From the NCBI GenBank assembly GCA_021107945.1, contig JAIORV010000023.1, positions 56,885-120,884 of the forward strand: a stretch of DNA of 64,000 nucleotides, given 5' to 3'. The notes beneath the pieces are model-generated. The model did not search any database. It saw only the letters and a list, made by a program, of their open reading frames with translations, and was not told where the DNA came from. How positions within the stretch are numbered: the first letter of the stretch is position 1; each line of letters opens with the position of its first letter. This stretch comes from Vulcanimicrobiota bacterium (GTDB lineage: Bacteria; Vulcanimicrobiota; JAJTBE01). Position numbers and translations under genes: made by a program. Shown here in pieces: positions 9,605 to 19,322 of the stretch.

Positions 9605-12600
9605 TTGAAAAAGAAATTTTCACTTTTATTATGTATTTTCTTCATTATACTTCTTCTGGCCAATGTATCATGGGCGAGTGGGCTTCATGAAACGACCAGG
9701 AGCGGTAATCTGAATAAAGCAAGACAGATCCTCATGAAAAATCCAAAACTGGTAAATAAAGAAGATAAAAACGGAAGAACCGCCTTGCATAAAGCATCTA
9801 TTCGGGGACAAAAGGAAATGGTTGAACTTCTTATTTCTTATGGTGCAAATATTAATTTGACGGATAAAGCAGGAGATACTCCCCTTATTCTTGCGACGAA
9901 AAACGGGCACCTGGAAATTGTCGAGCTTCTCCTTGCAGATCAGGGGGAAACAAAATCTGAAAAAAATATCTCTGAAATTTCTGTTCCCTGGTCGAAAACG
10001 GTTAATGATATTGTATTGAAGTCATCGGATATTAATGTGAAAAATGACCTGGGAATGACCCCTCTCCACTATGCGGCGGAAAAGGGTCATCTGGAGATAT
10101 GTAAGATTCTGCTATCAAAAAATGCAACTATTGACACAAGGGACAAAGCAGGGAATATGCCGCTGCACAGGGCGGCTTCATCCGGCAAGAAAGAAACAGT
10201 AGAGTTTCTATTATCAAAAGAGGCCGACATTAACTCAAAAAACAGAAACGGCAGAACTCCTCTTCACAAAGCGGCATATACCGGTCGCAAAGAAATATCA
10301 GAACTTCTTGTTGAGGAAGGCGCGAATATTAACGAGCCTGATGAATACGGCTGGGGTCCCTTGCACAGGGCGGTTTTCGGGGGGCGCAAAAACATAGTTG
10401 AAATGCTTCTTTATAATGAAGCTGCCACCGATCAGAAAGACAAATACGGCATGCTGCCGTTTCATTGGGTGGGATTCAACAACGACACGGATATTGCTGA
10501 GATGTTATTATCAAAAGGAATCGATGTTAACGATAAAGACGGATTCGGAAAAACTTTACTCCACAGGGCGGCTGAGAATGGATTTAGTGAACTCGTGGAA
10601 TTACTTATTGAAAAGAATGCGGATGTCGATATTGAGGACGGGCTTGGAAAAGCTCCCCTTCATATGGCGGCAAAAGAGGGAAATATTAAGGTTGCCAGGC
10701 AGCTTATTTCAAATAAAGCCAATATAAACTCAAACACCGAAATGACCCCGCTTCATGAAGCAACAACTAAAGGCAATGTTACAATGACGAATCTCCTGCT
10801 CTCAAAAGGAGCCAAGGTAAACCTGAAAGATAAAAACGATGAAACGCCGATTCAACTTGCAATTGCTCTCAAGCATGGCAAAATAGCTGAATTGCTTATT
10901 AATAAAGGAGCGGATTTGACTGTAAGAGACAGATCGGGGAGGTATCCCATTCATCAGGCAGTGGAAAATGGACTTAATAAAATTATATCACTTCTCATTA
11001 AAAAGGGAGCGAACGTTAATGTAAAAGACTATAAAAAATCAACTCCTCTTCATATAGCAGTGGCATCTGGAAAAAAGACTATTGTTTCACTTCTTATATC
11101 CTCAGGAGCCGATGTTAATGCAAGAGACGAAATCGGCGTTTCTCCGCTTCATAAAGCGACGGAAACAGATAATATAACATTAGCTGTTCTGCTTATATCA
11201 AGTGGAGCTGACATTAATAAAGGTAGTAATAACGGCAAGACCCCTCTTCATATCGCCGCAGAGAAGGGATTCAAAAAAATGGGGGCATTTTTAATTACAA
11301 AGGGGTCCAAAGTAAACAGTAAGGATACAAGAGGATGGACGCCGCTTCATTTTGCCGCCTTTGAGGGGAAAAAGGATGTTGCAGAAATACTTATTTCAAA
11401 AGGGGCATTTGTTAAAGCTCGGGACAACGACGGGTGGACTCCCTTACACGCATCCTCAATTAAGGGGCATATAAATATTGCCAAACTTCTTATATCCAAA
11501 GGTGCAAAAGTTAAGGCGAAAGACAATTCCGATGTTTCACCACTTCATCTTGCCGCGGGAAACGGGCATAAGAAGATTGTTGAATTGCTAATCTCAAAAG
11601 GAGCGATTGTAAACGCAAAAAACAAAGACGGCAAGACACCGCTACATGAAGCTGTAAACGGCGGTCATACAGGGATAGCTAAATTTCTTGTAAAGAAAAA
11701 TGCAGATATAAGGATGAAAGATACAGAAGGAACAACCCCACTTCACCAGGCTTCGGCAAATGGATATGAAGAATTGGTAAAGCTTTTCATCTTAAAGGGG
11801 GCCGATGTTAACGCCCAAAAGGAAGACGGAGTGACACCACTTGGCGAAGCCTCCGATAATGGACACAAAGAAGTCGTCAAAATGCTAATCGCAAAGGGAG
11901 CGAAAGTCAACCTGGCGGATAAAAACGGAGTTACTCCATTACATAGTGCCTCTGCAAAAGGACATGAGAATGTTGTTGAGACTCTCATATCATTCAAGGC
12001 AGATGTCAATGCAGTTGACGGAAATAAGCGAACACCACTTCATCGTGCCGCAGTCTGTGAAAATGAAAATATTGTAAAAATTCTTGTATCAAACGGCGCT
12101 AAAGTAAATGAAAAGAATAAGGAAAGTAAAACTCCTTTATACCTTGCAATTGAAGCGAACAAAGAAAATGCGGTAAAAGTCCTTCTTGAAAATGGCGCGG
12201 ATTTTAAATTGATGGATGAAGAAGAGATTTCTCCGCTCAACCTCGCCGCATATAAAGGATATACTGAAATCGTCGAGATGCTCATAGAAAAAGGCGCAAA
12301 TATCAAGGCAAAGGATAAAGTAGGAAGAACCGCACTTCACAGAGCCGCCGGTGAAGGAAACCTGGAGACAGTAAAATTGCTTTTGACAAAAGGAGCAAAT
12401 ATAAACGCAAAGGATAACGAGGGGAAAACACCGGTACACTGGGCAGCCGGCTATGGAAGCACGGATGTTTTGAAATTATTCATTGATAAGAAAGCTGAAA
12501 TTGACGTGAAAGATCAGCAGGGAATTACCCCTTTGCAATTCGCGAAAAATGAGCAACAAGAGGAGACTTCTAAGATCCTGGGAAAATACACAGCACAAAT

Positions 12601-12760
12601 TGCCGAAAAACAAAAATTGAGAATAAGAATGTTTGCAGGTTTGGTTGCAATTATCATACTGATTCTCCTTCTGGCATTCGTACTCAAAAATAAAAGGCGA
12701 AAAAAACTTGAAAAAATGCATGGAAAAGGAAATGAAAAAAATGGAAAGGTTGACAGGTAA
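9605..12760 (+). CDS. Giant ankyrin-repeat protein (about 30 ANK repeats) with an N-terminal signal peptide and a C-terminal TM anchor
   Basis: Reiterated 33-aa G.TPLH.A...G....v..Ll..GA.vn units throughout. TTG 9605 lies 6 nt after AAGGAG and gives MKKKFSLLLCIFFIILLLANVSWA. The C-terminus is FAGLVAIIILILLLAFVL followed by a basic tail. Confidence 0.85.
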   Translation: MKKKFSLLLCIFFIILLLANVSWASGLHETTRSGNLNKARQILMKNPKLVNKEDKNGRTALHKASIRGQKEMVELLISYGANINLTDKAGDTPLILATKNGHLEIVELLLADQGETKSEKNISEISVPWSKTVNDIVLKSSDINVKNDLGMTPLHYAAEKGHLEICKILLSKNATIDTRDKAGNMPLHRAASSGKKETVEFLLSKEADINSKNRNGRTPLHKAAYTGRKEISELLVEEGANINEPDEYGWGPLHRAVFGGRKNIVEMLLYNEAATDQKDKYGMLPFHWVGFNNDTDIAEMLLSKGIDVNDKDGFGKTLLHRAAENGFSELVELLIEKNADVDIEDGLGKAPLHMAAKEGNIKVARQLISNKANINSNTEMTPLHEATTKGNVTMTNLLLSKGAKVNLKDKNDETPIQLAIALKHGKIAELLINKGADLTVRDRSGRYPIHQAVENGLNKIISLLIKKGANVNVKDYKKSTPLHIAVASGKKTIVSLLISSGADVNARDEIGVSPLHKATETDNITLAVLLISSGADINKGSNNGKTPLHIAAEKGFKKMGAFLITKGSKVNSKDTRGWTPLHFAAFEGKKDVAEILISKGAFVKARDNDGWTPLHASSIKGHINIAKLLISKGAKVKAKDNSDVSPLHLAAGNGHKKIVELLISKGAIVNAKNKDGKTPLHEAVNGGHTGIAKFLVKKNADIRMKDTEGTTPLHQASANGYEELVKLFILKGADVNAQKEDGVTPLGEASDNGHKEVVKMLIAKGAKVNLADKNGVTPLHSASAKGHENVVETLISFKADVNAVDGNKRTPLHRAAVCENENIVKILVSNGAKVNEKNKESKTPLYLAIEANKENAVKVLLENGADFKLMDEEEISPLNLAAYKGYTEIVEMLIEKGANIKAKDKVGRTALHRAAGEGNLETVKLLLTKGANINAKDNEGKTPVHWAAGYGSTDVLKLFIDKKAEIDVKDQQGITPLQFAKNEQQEETSKILGKYTAQIAEKQKLRIRMFAGLVAIIILILLLAFVLKNKRRKKLEKMHGKGNEKNGKVDR

Positions 12761-13267
12761 ATGACTGAGAAAATTGATAATATAATTAATAAGGAAATTA
12801 TAAACTGGCAGAAATTTGGAGATTTATGCAACGGACTTGCATTGAAGATTTTGAAGGATTATCAACCGGATATGGTAATCGGTATTGTCAAGGCAGGAGT
12901 ATTTCCAGGGGCTGTCATCGCTTCGCTATTCCGTAAGGACTTCTACACAATAAAACTATCTCGAAGACATGATGACAAAATAATCCATGCCCGTCCCATC
13001 CTATTTGTCCCCATCACGGACTCGGTTTATGGAAAGAAAGTCCTTCTAGTTGACTGGATAACAAAAACCGGCGAAACACTGCGTCTGGCAAAGGAAGAAG
13101 TGGAAAACAAGCAGGCAAGTGAGGTTAGAACAAGCACACTTTTCATGAAGCCTGACGGATTCAAGCCCGATTGGTTCATGCACAAAAGCGACGCCCGCAT
13201 TGTTTGTCCATGGAACAAGTATGTCATAGAAGACGGAAAACTTGTACCACATCCGGAATACGGATAA
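12761..13267 (+). CDS. Phosphoribosyltransferase-fold protein (Gpt/Hpt-like) with a degenerate PRPP motif
   Basis: PRPP-loop-like VLLVDWITKTGETL (canonical DD replaced by DW) and a C-terminal RIVCPW. The ATG directly abuts the ankyrin stop (TAAATG). Confidence 0.65.
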   Translation: MTEKIDNIINKEIINWQKFGDLCNGLALKILKDYQPDMVIGIVKAGVFPGAVIASLFRKDFYTIKLSRRHDDKIIHARPILFVPITDSVYGKKVLLVDWITKTGETLRLAKEEVENKQASEVRTSTLFMKPDGFKPDWFMHKSDARIVCPWNKYVIEDGKLVPHPEYG

Positions 13268-13437
13268 AGGATAAAGGAAGACGGATGGCGGAGGACAGAA
13301 TTGTAGGAAGGATGTCCTCATCCCGATAAATAGATGACAGAGGACGGAGGTAAGATCCCACTTCCCGCCTCTATTTTGTAGATATAAATATTTTTTCTCC
13401 GTTTATCCTCTGCGGACTCCGCGATCTCTGCGTTGAA
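13268..13437. repeat. Composite of short-repeat words (GGATAAAGG/GGAGGAC purine array, TGTAGGAAGGATGTCCTCATCCCGATAA, CTCTGCG-type pyrimidine arm)
   Basis: Fills the convergent intergenic region. The words match other loci in the window. Confidence 0.7.
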
Positions 13438-13471
13438 AAGATAACTTGATCAACAACCTCAAGATGTTTTT

Positions 13472-14830
13472 TTATATCTTTAATTTGATCATCTTGCCCA
13501 TTCTGTCAACTGCTATAATGGCTCCATCTCCCGTAACCTGATATGATTGCCCGTCTGCAAGCTCCATATCTTTTTTCCACAGAAAACTTCCGTCCCTAGT
13601 GGAAAATGCTTTTATCGGGTTTTTCTTTCCGCCGGTTAGAATTATACCGTCAAGTCCCAAGATTGGTCTGGAAATCGGATCTTTATCCAATTGTTTCCAG
13701 AGAAGATTGCCGTCTTTATCGATGGCATATAATTTCCCCTGTTTATCTTCACCTGTGAGATATATGGTACCGTCATCGGCTATAGCAATATGTCGGGAGA
13801 ATTTCTCCTGCCCATCTGCCTCGAATCGGAAAAGTTCATTTCCGTCATAATCGAAAGCAACGATGAAACTCTTTTTAACCCTGTGACTCTGTCCGGAATC
13901 GTCTTCATCGGAATCGGATAATATGCTGTCAGTCCGCACTACGACAAGGATCCTATTCTCTCCGAACACCCGGGTGAAAACCGATTTTACATCCTTTCCC
14001 AGGAAACTTTTCCATTTTATGGTTTTATCCGGATCCATGCAAGTGTAATAAGAGCCGTCATGATTCTCAATGGCATAGTACAGTCTTCCTTCAGGACCGG
14101 CGACTACAGGTTTTAAGCTCATTCCCGATACTTCACAAACAACCTGGTGGTTTAAAAGCCCGGGTTTTCTTTTCATTACCACATGGGATCCCTCTGATTG
14201 ATGAACATGTAAAAAGCTTTTGGTATCGATGAAAGGCTTCTTCGACTCGAGCTCCTTTATTTTTTTCTTCCACATCTCCTTGCCGGTGGGATTTAATGAT
14301 ACAACATACCCATCCTTCCTCGCGAGATAGAGAAATCCGTCTTCGTCAATCAGGGGGGTATGTGAAACCGAGCCTATGGACTGACGCCATTTCTCATTAC
14401 CGTCGAAGTCCAGGCAAATTAGCTCTCTTTTACAGACGACGTAAATATTATGGTTATCATCAACAGCAGGCTTTATGTAATTGAGGGCACCCGTTTCCAC
14501 ACTGAGAATAGGTTTCCCGTTCACGTCGTACTTCGAAGTAAACCCACCGGCATTGATGAAAATAAAACCATTATGAACAATAGGCTTGAATGCCTTTACT
14601 TTATCTGACATACCAAGATTAACACTCCATAGAACCACAGAATCTTCCTCTGCAATCGATGTAATAACTCCCTCATATTGTCTAATCCCACTGCTCGAGG
14701 GAAGGAAATGGCAATTCCCTTTTTTCCTGGAATCTTTGTTAGATTTTACTCGAAAAGCCTTTTGCCGATTTTTATCTGGGCTAAGCTCTATGCTTTCTTC
14801 TTGATGAAATTCATTTTCTGTGCAGTTCAT
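13472..14830 (-). CDS. PQQ-like / BamB-like beta-propeller repeat protein
   Basis: Repeated D.dG..lW motifs (DGTIYLTGEDKQGKLYAIDKDGNLLWK, FDGNEKWRQ, TGKEMWKK). AAGGAG lies 7 nt upstream of the ATG. No obvious signal peptide. Confidence 0.7.
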   Translation of the reverse strand: MNCTENEFHQEESIELSPDKNRQKAFRVKSNKDSRKKGNCHFLPSSSGIRQYEGVITSIAEEDSVVLWSVNLGMSDKVKAFKPIVHNGFIFINAGGFTSKYDVNGKPILSVETGALNYIKPAVDDNHNIYVVCKRELICLDFDGNEKWRQSIGSVSHTPLIDEDGFLYLARKDGYVVSLNPTGKEMWKKKIKELESKKPFIDTKSFLHVHQSEGSHVVMKRKPGLLNHQVVCEVSGMSLKPVVAGPEGRLYYAIENHDGSYYTCMDPDKTIKWKSFLGKDVKSVFTRVFGENRILVVVRTDSILSDSDEDDSGQSHRVKKSFIVAFDYDGNELFRFEADGQEKFSRHIAIADDGTIYLTGEDKQGKLYAIDKDGNLLWKQLDKDPISRPILGLDGIILTGGKKNPIKAFSTRDGSFLWKKDMELADGQSYQVTGDGAIIAVDRMGKMIKLKI

Positions 14831-15200
14831 TTTCCCGCTCCTTGATTTGAGTTATCAGTTAAATAGACCGGACAACTCCTATTGTGATTTTTTAATGAAA
14901 ATATTTTTCTTTTTCTGAGTAACCCGCTCCCGTTATGAAGAGGGTGAATAAATACTTTAAAGCACTCTATAAAACTTAATTGCTTTTACACAAGTTATAT
15001 TTTCCATTCCCATCTTCCATTTCTTTTTCACATGTTAATTCATTTTACTGAAAAATCCTCTATTAATCCATATTATGTGCCAATTTATTTTTTTAATACT
15101 ATATATTGTGCTTTTCTATATTTTTTCTTTAAAGATTCCTTTCATTTTTTGTAATTATTAACCACAGAAGACACAAAATTTTCATACCCGGCTTTACGGT

Positions 15201-15299
15201 CTATTTGGACGGAGAGACGCCGCCCCCACCATTACAACCATGTCGGTGGCTGCGGCGTTTTGCCGCAGATCAAAAAGAATAATTTTTATTACAAAGAGC
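15201..15299 (-). repeat. Copy A (diverged) of a roughly 100-nt interspersed element
   Basis: Aligns with 16465-16563 and 23852-23950. It retains the CTGCGGC...GCCGCAG hairpin. Confidence 0.75.
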
Positions 15300-15410
15300 C
15301 TATTAATGACTCTATAACAAAGTGCCGGTGTCGATACGAAAATAAATAATCGAGGTGCGTATTTCACACCCCGATTATTGTTATTCATTTAAATTTGGTT
15401 AGAAGTAATA

Positions 15411-16406
15411 CTATGCCTTTCCGGCGGACCCCAGAACTTCCTCATTCTTATGAATGATCATCTTGATAAGCTCTTCCCTTGCTGGTCCCAGGTATTTCCT
15501 CGGATCGAACTGCCCGGGTTGCTCGGCAAGAACCTTCCTTATCATTGCAGTAACGGCAAGTCTCCCGTCACTGTCGATATTAATCTTGCAAACGGCGCTC
15601 TTCGTCGCTTTTCTTAACTGGTCTTCAGGCACTCCACAAGTACCTTCCAATTTTCCGCCATATTCATTGATCATATCTACATATTTAGGAATTACGGATG
15701 AGGAGCCATGAAGAACAATCGGGAAACCGGGAATCCTTCTCTCGATTTCTTCCAGGATATCGAAACGAAGCGGCGGTGGCTTCTCGCCGGGTTTTACCTT
15801 GAATTTAAAAGCTCCGTGAGATGTACCGATTGAAATAGCAAGGCTATCGACACCGGTTCTTTTTACGAATTCCTCTACATCGTCCGGATTGGTATAACTT
15901 GATTTTTCGTGAGAAACTTCATCTTCTATCCCTGCCAGCACGCCCAGCTCGCCCTCGACGCTGACATCTCTCGGATGTGCATATTCCACGACTTTCTTTG
16001 TGACGGCGATATTATCTTCAAATGATAGAGCTGATCCGTCAATCATCACCGATGAGAATCCGTAATCGATACATGATTTGCATGTCTCAAATGAATCACC
16101 GTGATCCAGGTGGAGAACAATCGGGATATTACTGCCATAATCTTTAAGTGCCATCTGAACCGCCCCCATCGCCATATAGCGAAGCAGGGTCGAATTAGCG
16201 TATTTCCTTGCTCCCTTGGAAACCTGGAGAATTACTGGAGAGTTGGATTTTGCACAACCTATTATGATTGCCTGAAGTTGCTCCATATTGTTAAAATTAT
16301 AACCGGGAATAGCATATTTCCCATCAATCGCCTTCTTAAAAAGCTCCCTGCTGTTAGAAAGGCCAAGTTCCTTATAACTGACCGCATCTGATGTTTTTGT
16401 TGACAT
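15411..16406 (-). CDS. fba: Fructose-1,6-bisphosphate aldolase, class II
   Basis: Motifs VLHLDHGDSFE, SIGTSHGAFKF and PIVLHGSS. The start is ATG 16406 (MSTKTSD), 7 nt after a GGAG-type SD. The track extension to 16577 is repeat-derived. Confidence 0.9.
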   Translation of the reverse strand: MSTKTSDAVSYKELGLSNSRELFKKAIDGKYAIPGYNFNNMEQLQAIIIGCAKSNSPVILQVSKGARKYANSTLLRYMAMGAVQMALKDYGSNIPIVLHLDHGDSFETCKSCIDYGFSSVMIDGSALSFEDNIAVTKKVVEYAHPRDVSVEGELGVLAGIEDEVSHEKSSYTNPDDVEEFVKRTGVDSLAISIGTSHGAFKFKVKPGEKPPPLRFDILEEIERRIPGFPIVLHGSSSVIPKYVDMINEYGGKLEGTCGVPEDQLRKATKSAVCKINIDSDGRLAVTAMIRKVLAEQPGQFDPRKYLGPAREELIKMIIHKNEEVLGSAGKA

Positions 16407-16464
16407 ATTATATCTCCTTTTTATAAGTATTGTGATTAAAATCGGTGTAATCGTCGAAAGTCCA

Positions 16465-16563
16465 TTATTTGGGCGGCGGGACGCCACCCCCACTATTATA
16501 ACAATGTCGGTAGCTGCGGCGTCTCGCCGCAGATCAAAAAGGATAATACTTATTAGAAATAGC
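16465..16563 (-). repeat. Copy B of the roughly 100-nt element, immediately upstream of fba. Contains TGTTATAAT and two hairpins on the fba strand.
   Basis: 8 mismatches in 99 nt versus copy C by manual alignment. Extended -10 at 16495-16503 (minus strand). Hairpins CTGCGGCG-AGA-CGCCGCAG and GGGTGGCG-TCC-CGCCGCCC. Confidence 0.8.
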
Positions 16564-17021
16564 TTAAAATGTTCCAATAGCTAGAGTAATGTTTTACCAT
16601 ACTCCATAAAATCCTTCGTTTTTTTTATTATCAATATCTCGCATGATATAAAAAAGCCTGAAAAAGTCAGGTCTTTTGCAAGGTTCCAATCTCTCTTACA
16701 CTTCATCAGAAGCTATTTTGGATGAAGCTACCCGTTTGCTTTTCTTTATAGCCCTCTTCTTCTTTCCAGGTGAGAGTGTCACTTATCCAAGAAACCATTT
16801 TTATCGATTATTTCTTCGAACACAATTTTTCAATATAACCAAAGGCACAAAGAGATTCTTCACCTGATTCTTTAAGAATGCCATGCCATCGGCTTTTTGA
16901 TTAAAAGGTTTCCTAAACTTTCAGATCCCTCTTTTGATTTATTTTGCATAAGTTCTGTTGATATATAAGTTGACGTATAGTACGTTATAACATATAATAT
17001 AAGTAGTAGTAAAATTGAATT

Positions 17022-17276
17022 ATGGTTGTGATTTATATGCTGAGCTTCAGAGATATCGAAGAAGAGATTTATTCATTAAGGAAAAAAGATATTGATCCAA
17101 CATTTGATGTCCTTGCTAAAAGACTATCTTCGAAAAAAAGCAACAAAGCTAAACAAATAATTCAACTTGCCATAGACAGTGGAGATCTTATTAAAGAAGG
17201 AGAAAGATTACGTTTCCCTAACGATGAAGAGAGGATGCAACAAGCTCAAGATTTTTGTGAATTGCTTGGGGTATAA
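17022..17276 (+). CDS. Small hypothetical protein (possible wHTH-like), in the AT-rich islet
   Basis: 84-aa ORF convergent with the HD gene. No clear SD. The start may instead be ATG 17037. Confidence 0.35.
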   Translation: MVVIYMLSFRDIEEEIYSLRKKDIDPTFDVLAKRLSSKKSNKAKQIIQLAIDSGDLIKEGERLRFPNDEERMQQAQDFCELLGV

Positions 17277-17283
17277 AGCCACT

Positions 17284-18894
17284 TTATTTCATATCCTTTG
17301 TAAACCATTGTGTTTTATCTGCCCTCATAAAATAATAGAATAACTTTTTCTTGAGTTTGCTGTCTTTTATATTTTTATCCCATAAAGGATTATCTAATAG
17401 CCTTTTTGGGCCGAAAAGTATTCCCTTGAAAAGAATTTTTTGTAGAGTGAAAAGGCTTGAAGATAATTTTGGTTTACCTATCCTTTCTTTTATGTAATCC
17501 TTATATTTTATAAACTTGTTACCACCCTTTTCCTTTAATTGAATAGCTGTAAACGGTTTTTCACATTTTTCCTTATCAATTGATGATATATCCGGTTGGA
17601 AACAAAGAATTAAAACATCTTTTTCATTCAACTGGTTTGAAAGTGCTCTCGGTAATATTTCATCAAGTTCTTTTTTTCCAAGATATTGAAGAGGAGAAAA
17701 AGCTTCCTTTATCCTAATGTGATTGTATTTCCGAGCAATTTCCTTACTTTTTGCATGTGTTTTTAAATATTTTTTTACGAATTCTTCCAAATAATTTCGA
17801 TAATCATAATACGTATATTCTGTGAATCTCCCGTATAGCTCTCTCCTTAGAATTCTTCCGTAAAGGTCGTTAAAGATGGGAGACCGCTTATCCTTACAAT
17901 TTGAGATTAAATCCAACAGATATAATAAATCTCTATCTTCCATTTTATCCATATTATTCAGTATTTTTACGACATCAATACCCAATTCATTTATGAACTT
18001 CAATGCCTCATTGAGGGCTACCATAAACATGGATTGAACACAGCAATGAACCGGATGGAATATTGTTTCGCCATAAACAAACTCTCTTCCATAAACCATC
18101 TGTAAATAAACAGCATGAACTTTTTCAGGAAGGAATATTTTTTCTTCCTTTTTGGATATTAGTATATTTCTTGTAAGGTAATCAACTTCAATTCCCCCGC
18201 CTGTAGTACCGGCAAAAAAAGCATCACGCTTAATATAATCGAATCTATCTGCATCCAAGGGTCCGTTTATAAGGGGAGATAACCATTCCTCGGTATTACC
18301 TTGAATACACTTTGCAATAAATTCCGGACCGTCTTCTCCACATAATTCAATTATCGCATCTTTTAGTATTGAATTACTTATTTCATTTTCGCCCAATATC
18401 AAACATGCAGCTCTACGTTCGTGGTAACTTGGCTTGTTTTTTTTAGGCAAACATGAATTCATGTATTTTTCATCAAATATATACCATCCCAATATTATCT
18501 CCGTCAAATGAGAAAATGCTCCATGCCCTATATCATGCAATAATGCCGACAACCGAAGTTTTGTCTCTTCTGAATCTGATATTTTGTCTTTATTGTTCTT
18601 AAGTATTGTCTCTAATACCCAATAAACTCCCAATGAGTGCTCAAACCTGGAATGTCTTGCTTCGGGAAAAACATAGCGAAGAAAACCCGTTTGAGATATA
18701 TTCCTCAAACGCTGAAGATAAAATGAATCCAAAAAAGGCACTATCTCGGAAGGAATTTCTATATTTCCATAAACTGATGTACAAACTATTTTTCTTCCGT
18801 TTGCTTTTAGATTAATTTCTTTTGATAAGCCCAATTCCCACCTTGCATTTACACATCTGATTAAGTCATCTATTTTTTTATTTAAAAAGTCCAT
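17284..18894 (-). CDS. HD-domain phosphohydrolase, SAMHD1/dGTPase-like dNTP triphosphohydrolase family
   Basis: Motifs HSRFEHSLGV, LLHDIGHGAFSH and DADRFDYIKRD. GGAGAGGG lies 6 nt upstream of the ATG. Confidence 0.75.
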   Translation of the reverse strand: MDFLNKKIDDLIRCVNARWELGLSKEINLKANGRKIVCTSVYGNIEIPSEIVPFLDSFYLQRLRNISQTGFLRYVFPEARHSRFEHSLGVYWVLETILKNNKDKISDSEETKLRLSALLHDIGHGAFSHLTEIILGWYIFDEKYMNSCLPKKNKPSYHERRAACLILGENEISNSILKDAIIELCGEDGPEFIAKCIQGNTEEWLSPLINGPLDADRFDYIKRDAFFAGTTGGGIEVDYLTRNILISKKEEKIFLPEKVHAVYLQMVYGREFVYGETIFHPVHCCVQSMFMVALNEALKFINELGIDVVKILNNMDKMEDRDLLYLLDLISNCKDKRSPIFNDLYGRILRRELYGRFTEYTYYDYRNYLEEFVKKYLKTHAKSKEIARKYNHIRIKEAFSPLQYLGKKELDEILPRALSNQLNEKDVLILCFQPDISSIDKEKCEKPFTAIQLKEKGGNKFIKYKDYIKERIGKPKLSSSLFTLQKILFKGILFGPKRLLDNPLWDKNIKDSKLKKKLFYYFMRADKTQWFTKDMK

Positions 18895-19100
18895 CTAAAG
18901 CCCTCTCCGCAAGTATTTTTTTAATAAATAATTTTATTATGCAACAATAACATATATTCCTCTTTTACACATTTAACAGTAATCAAAAAAATTTTGCTAC
19001 AACACTCATATACTCCTATGAATTTATTTTGACATAATCGATAATTCCCATCCCCCATGAACTAAATCATTAAAATTTTGTAAACAAAATGTAAACAAAG

Positions 19101-19129
19101 TTGTCAAATAAAATTGCATGATATATAAT
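19101..19129 (+). promoter_or_regulatory. Sigma70-type promoter TTGTCA-17 nt-TATAAT upstream of the flagellar block
   Basis: Hexamers at 19101-19106 and 19124-19129, about 190 nt upstream of the fliK-like start. Confidence 0.5.
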
Positions 19130-19322
19130 ATTACAGACACAAGGTATCATGGGGTTTCGAAGAGCATGAACGACATCAAAATCCCAAAAAAACAGCGTTT
19201 TGGGACGAAAATGTTAACAAAAAGTTAACAATTTAGAAAAACTATGTCAATAGTAGTTTCTTATAATAATGGCAAGGGAGAGTAAGCTTTAACAAGATCG
19301 CATCTCTTCCCCCGCAAATCAT

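Noticed and set aside
16407-16577. N-terminal extension of fba, and similar ORFs 15194..15388 and 23707..23988 that share IILFDL..AAAT..VGVASRRPN peptides
   Set aside because: All three overlap copies of the same roughly 100-nt DNA element, so the similarity is at DNA level. fba has a good SD and ATG at 16406 giving a normal-length class II aldolase.
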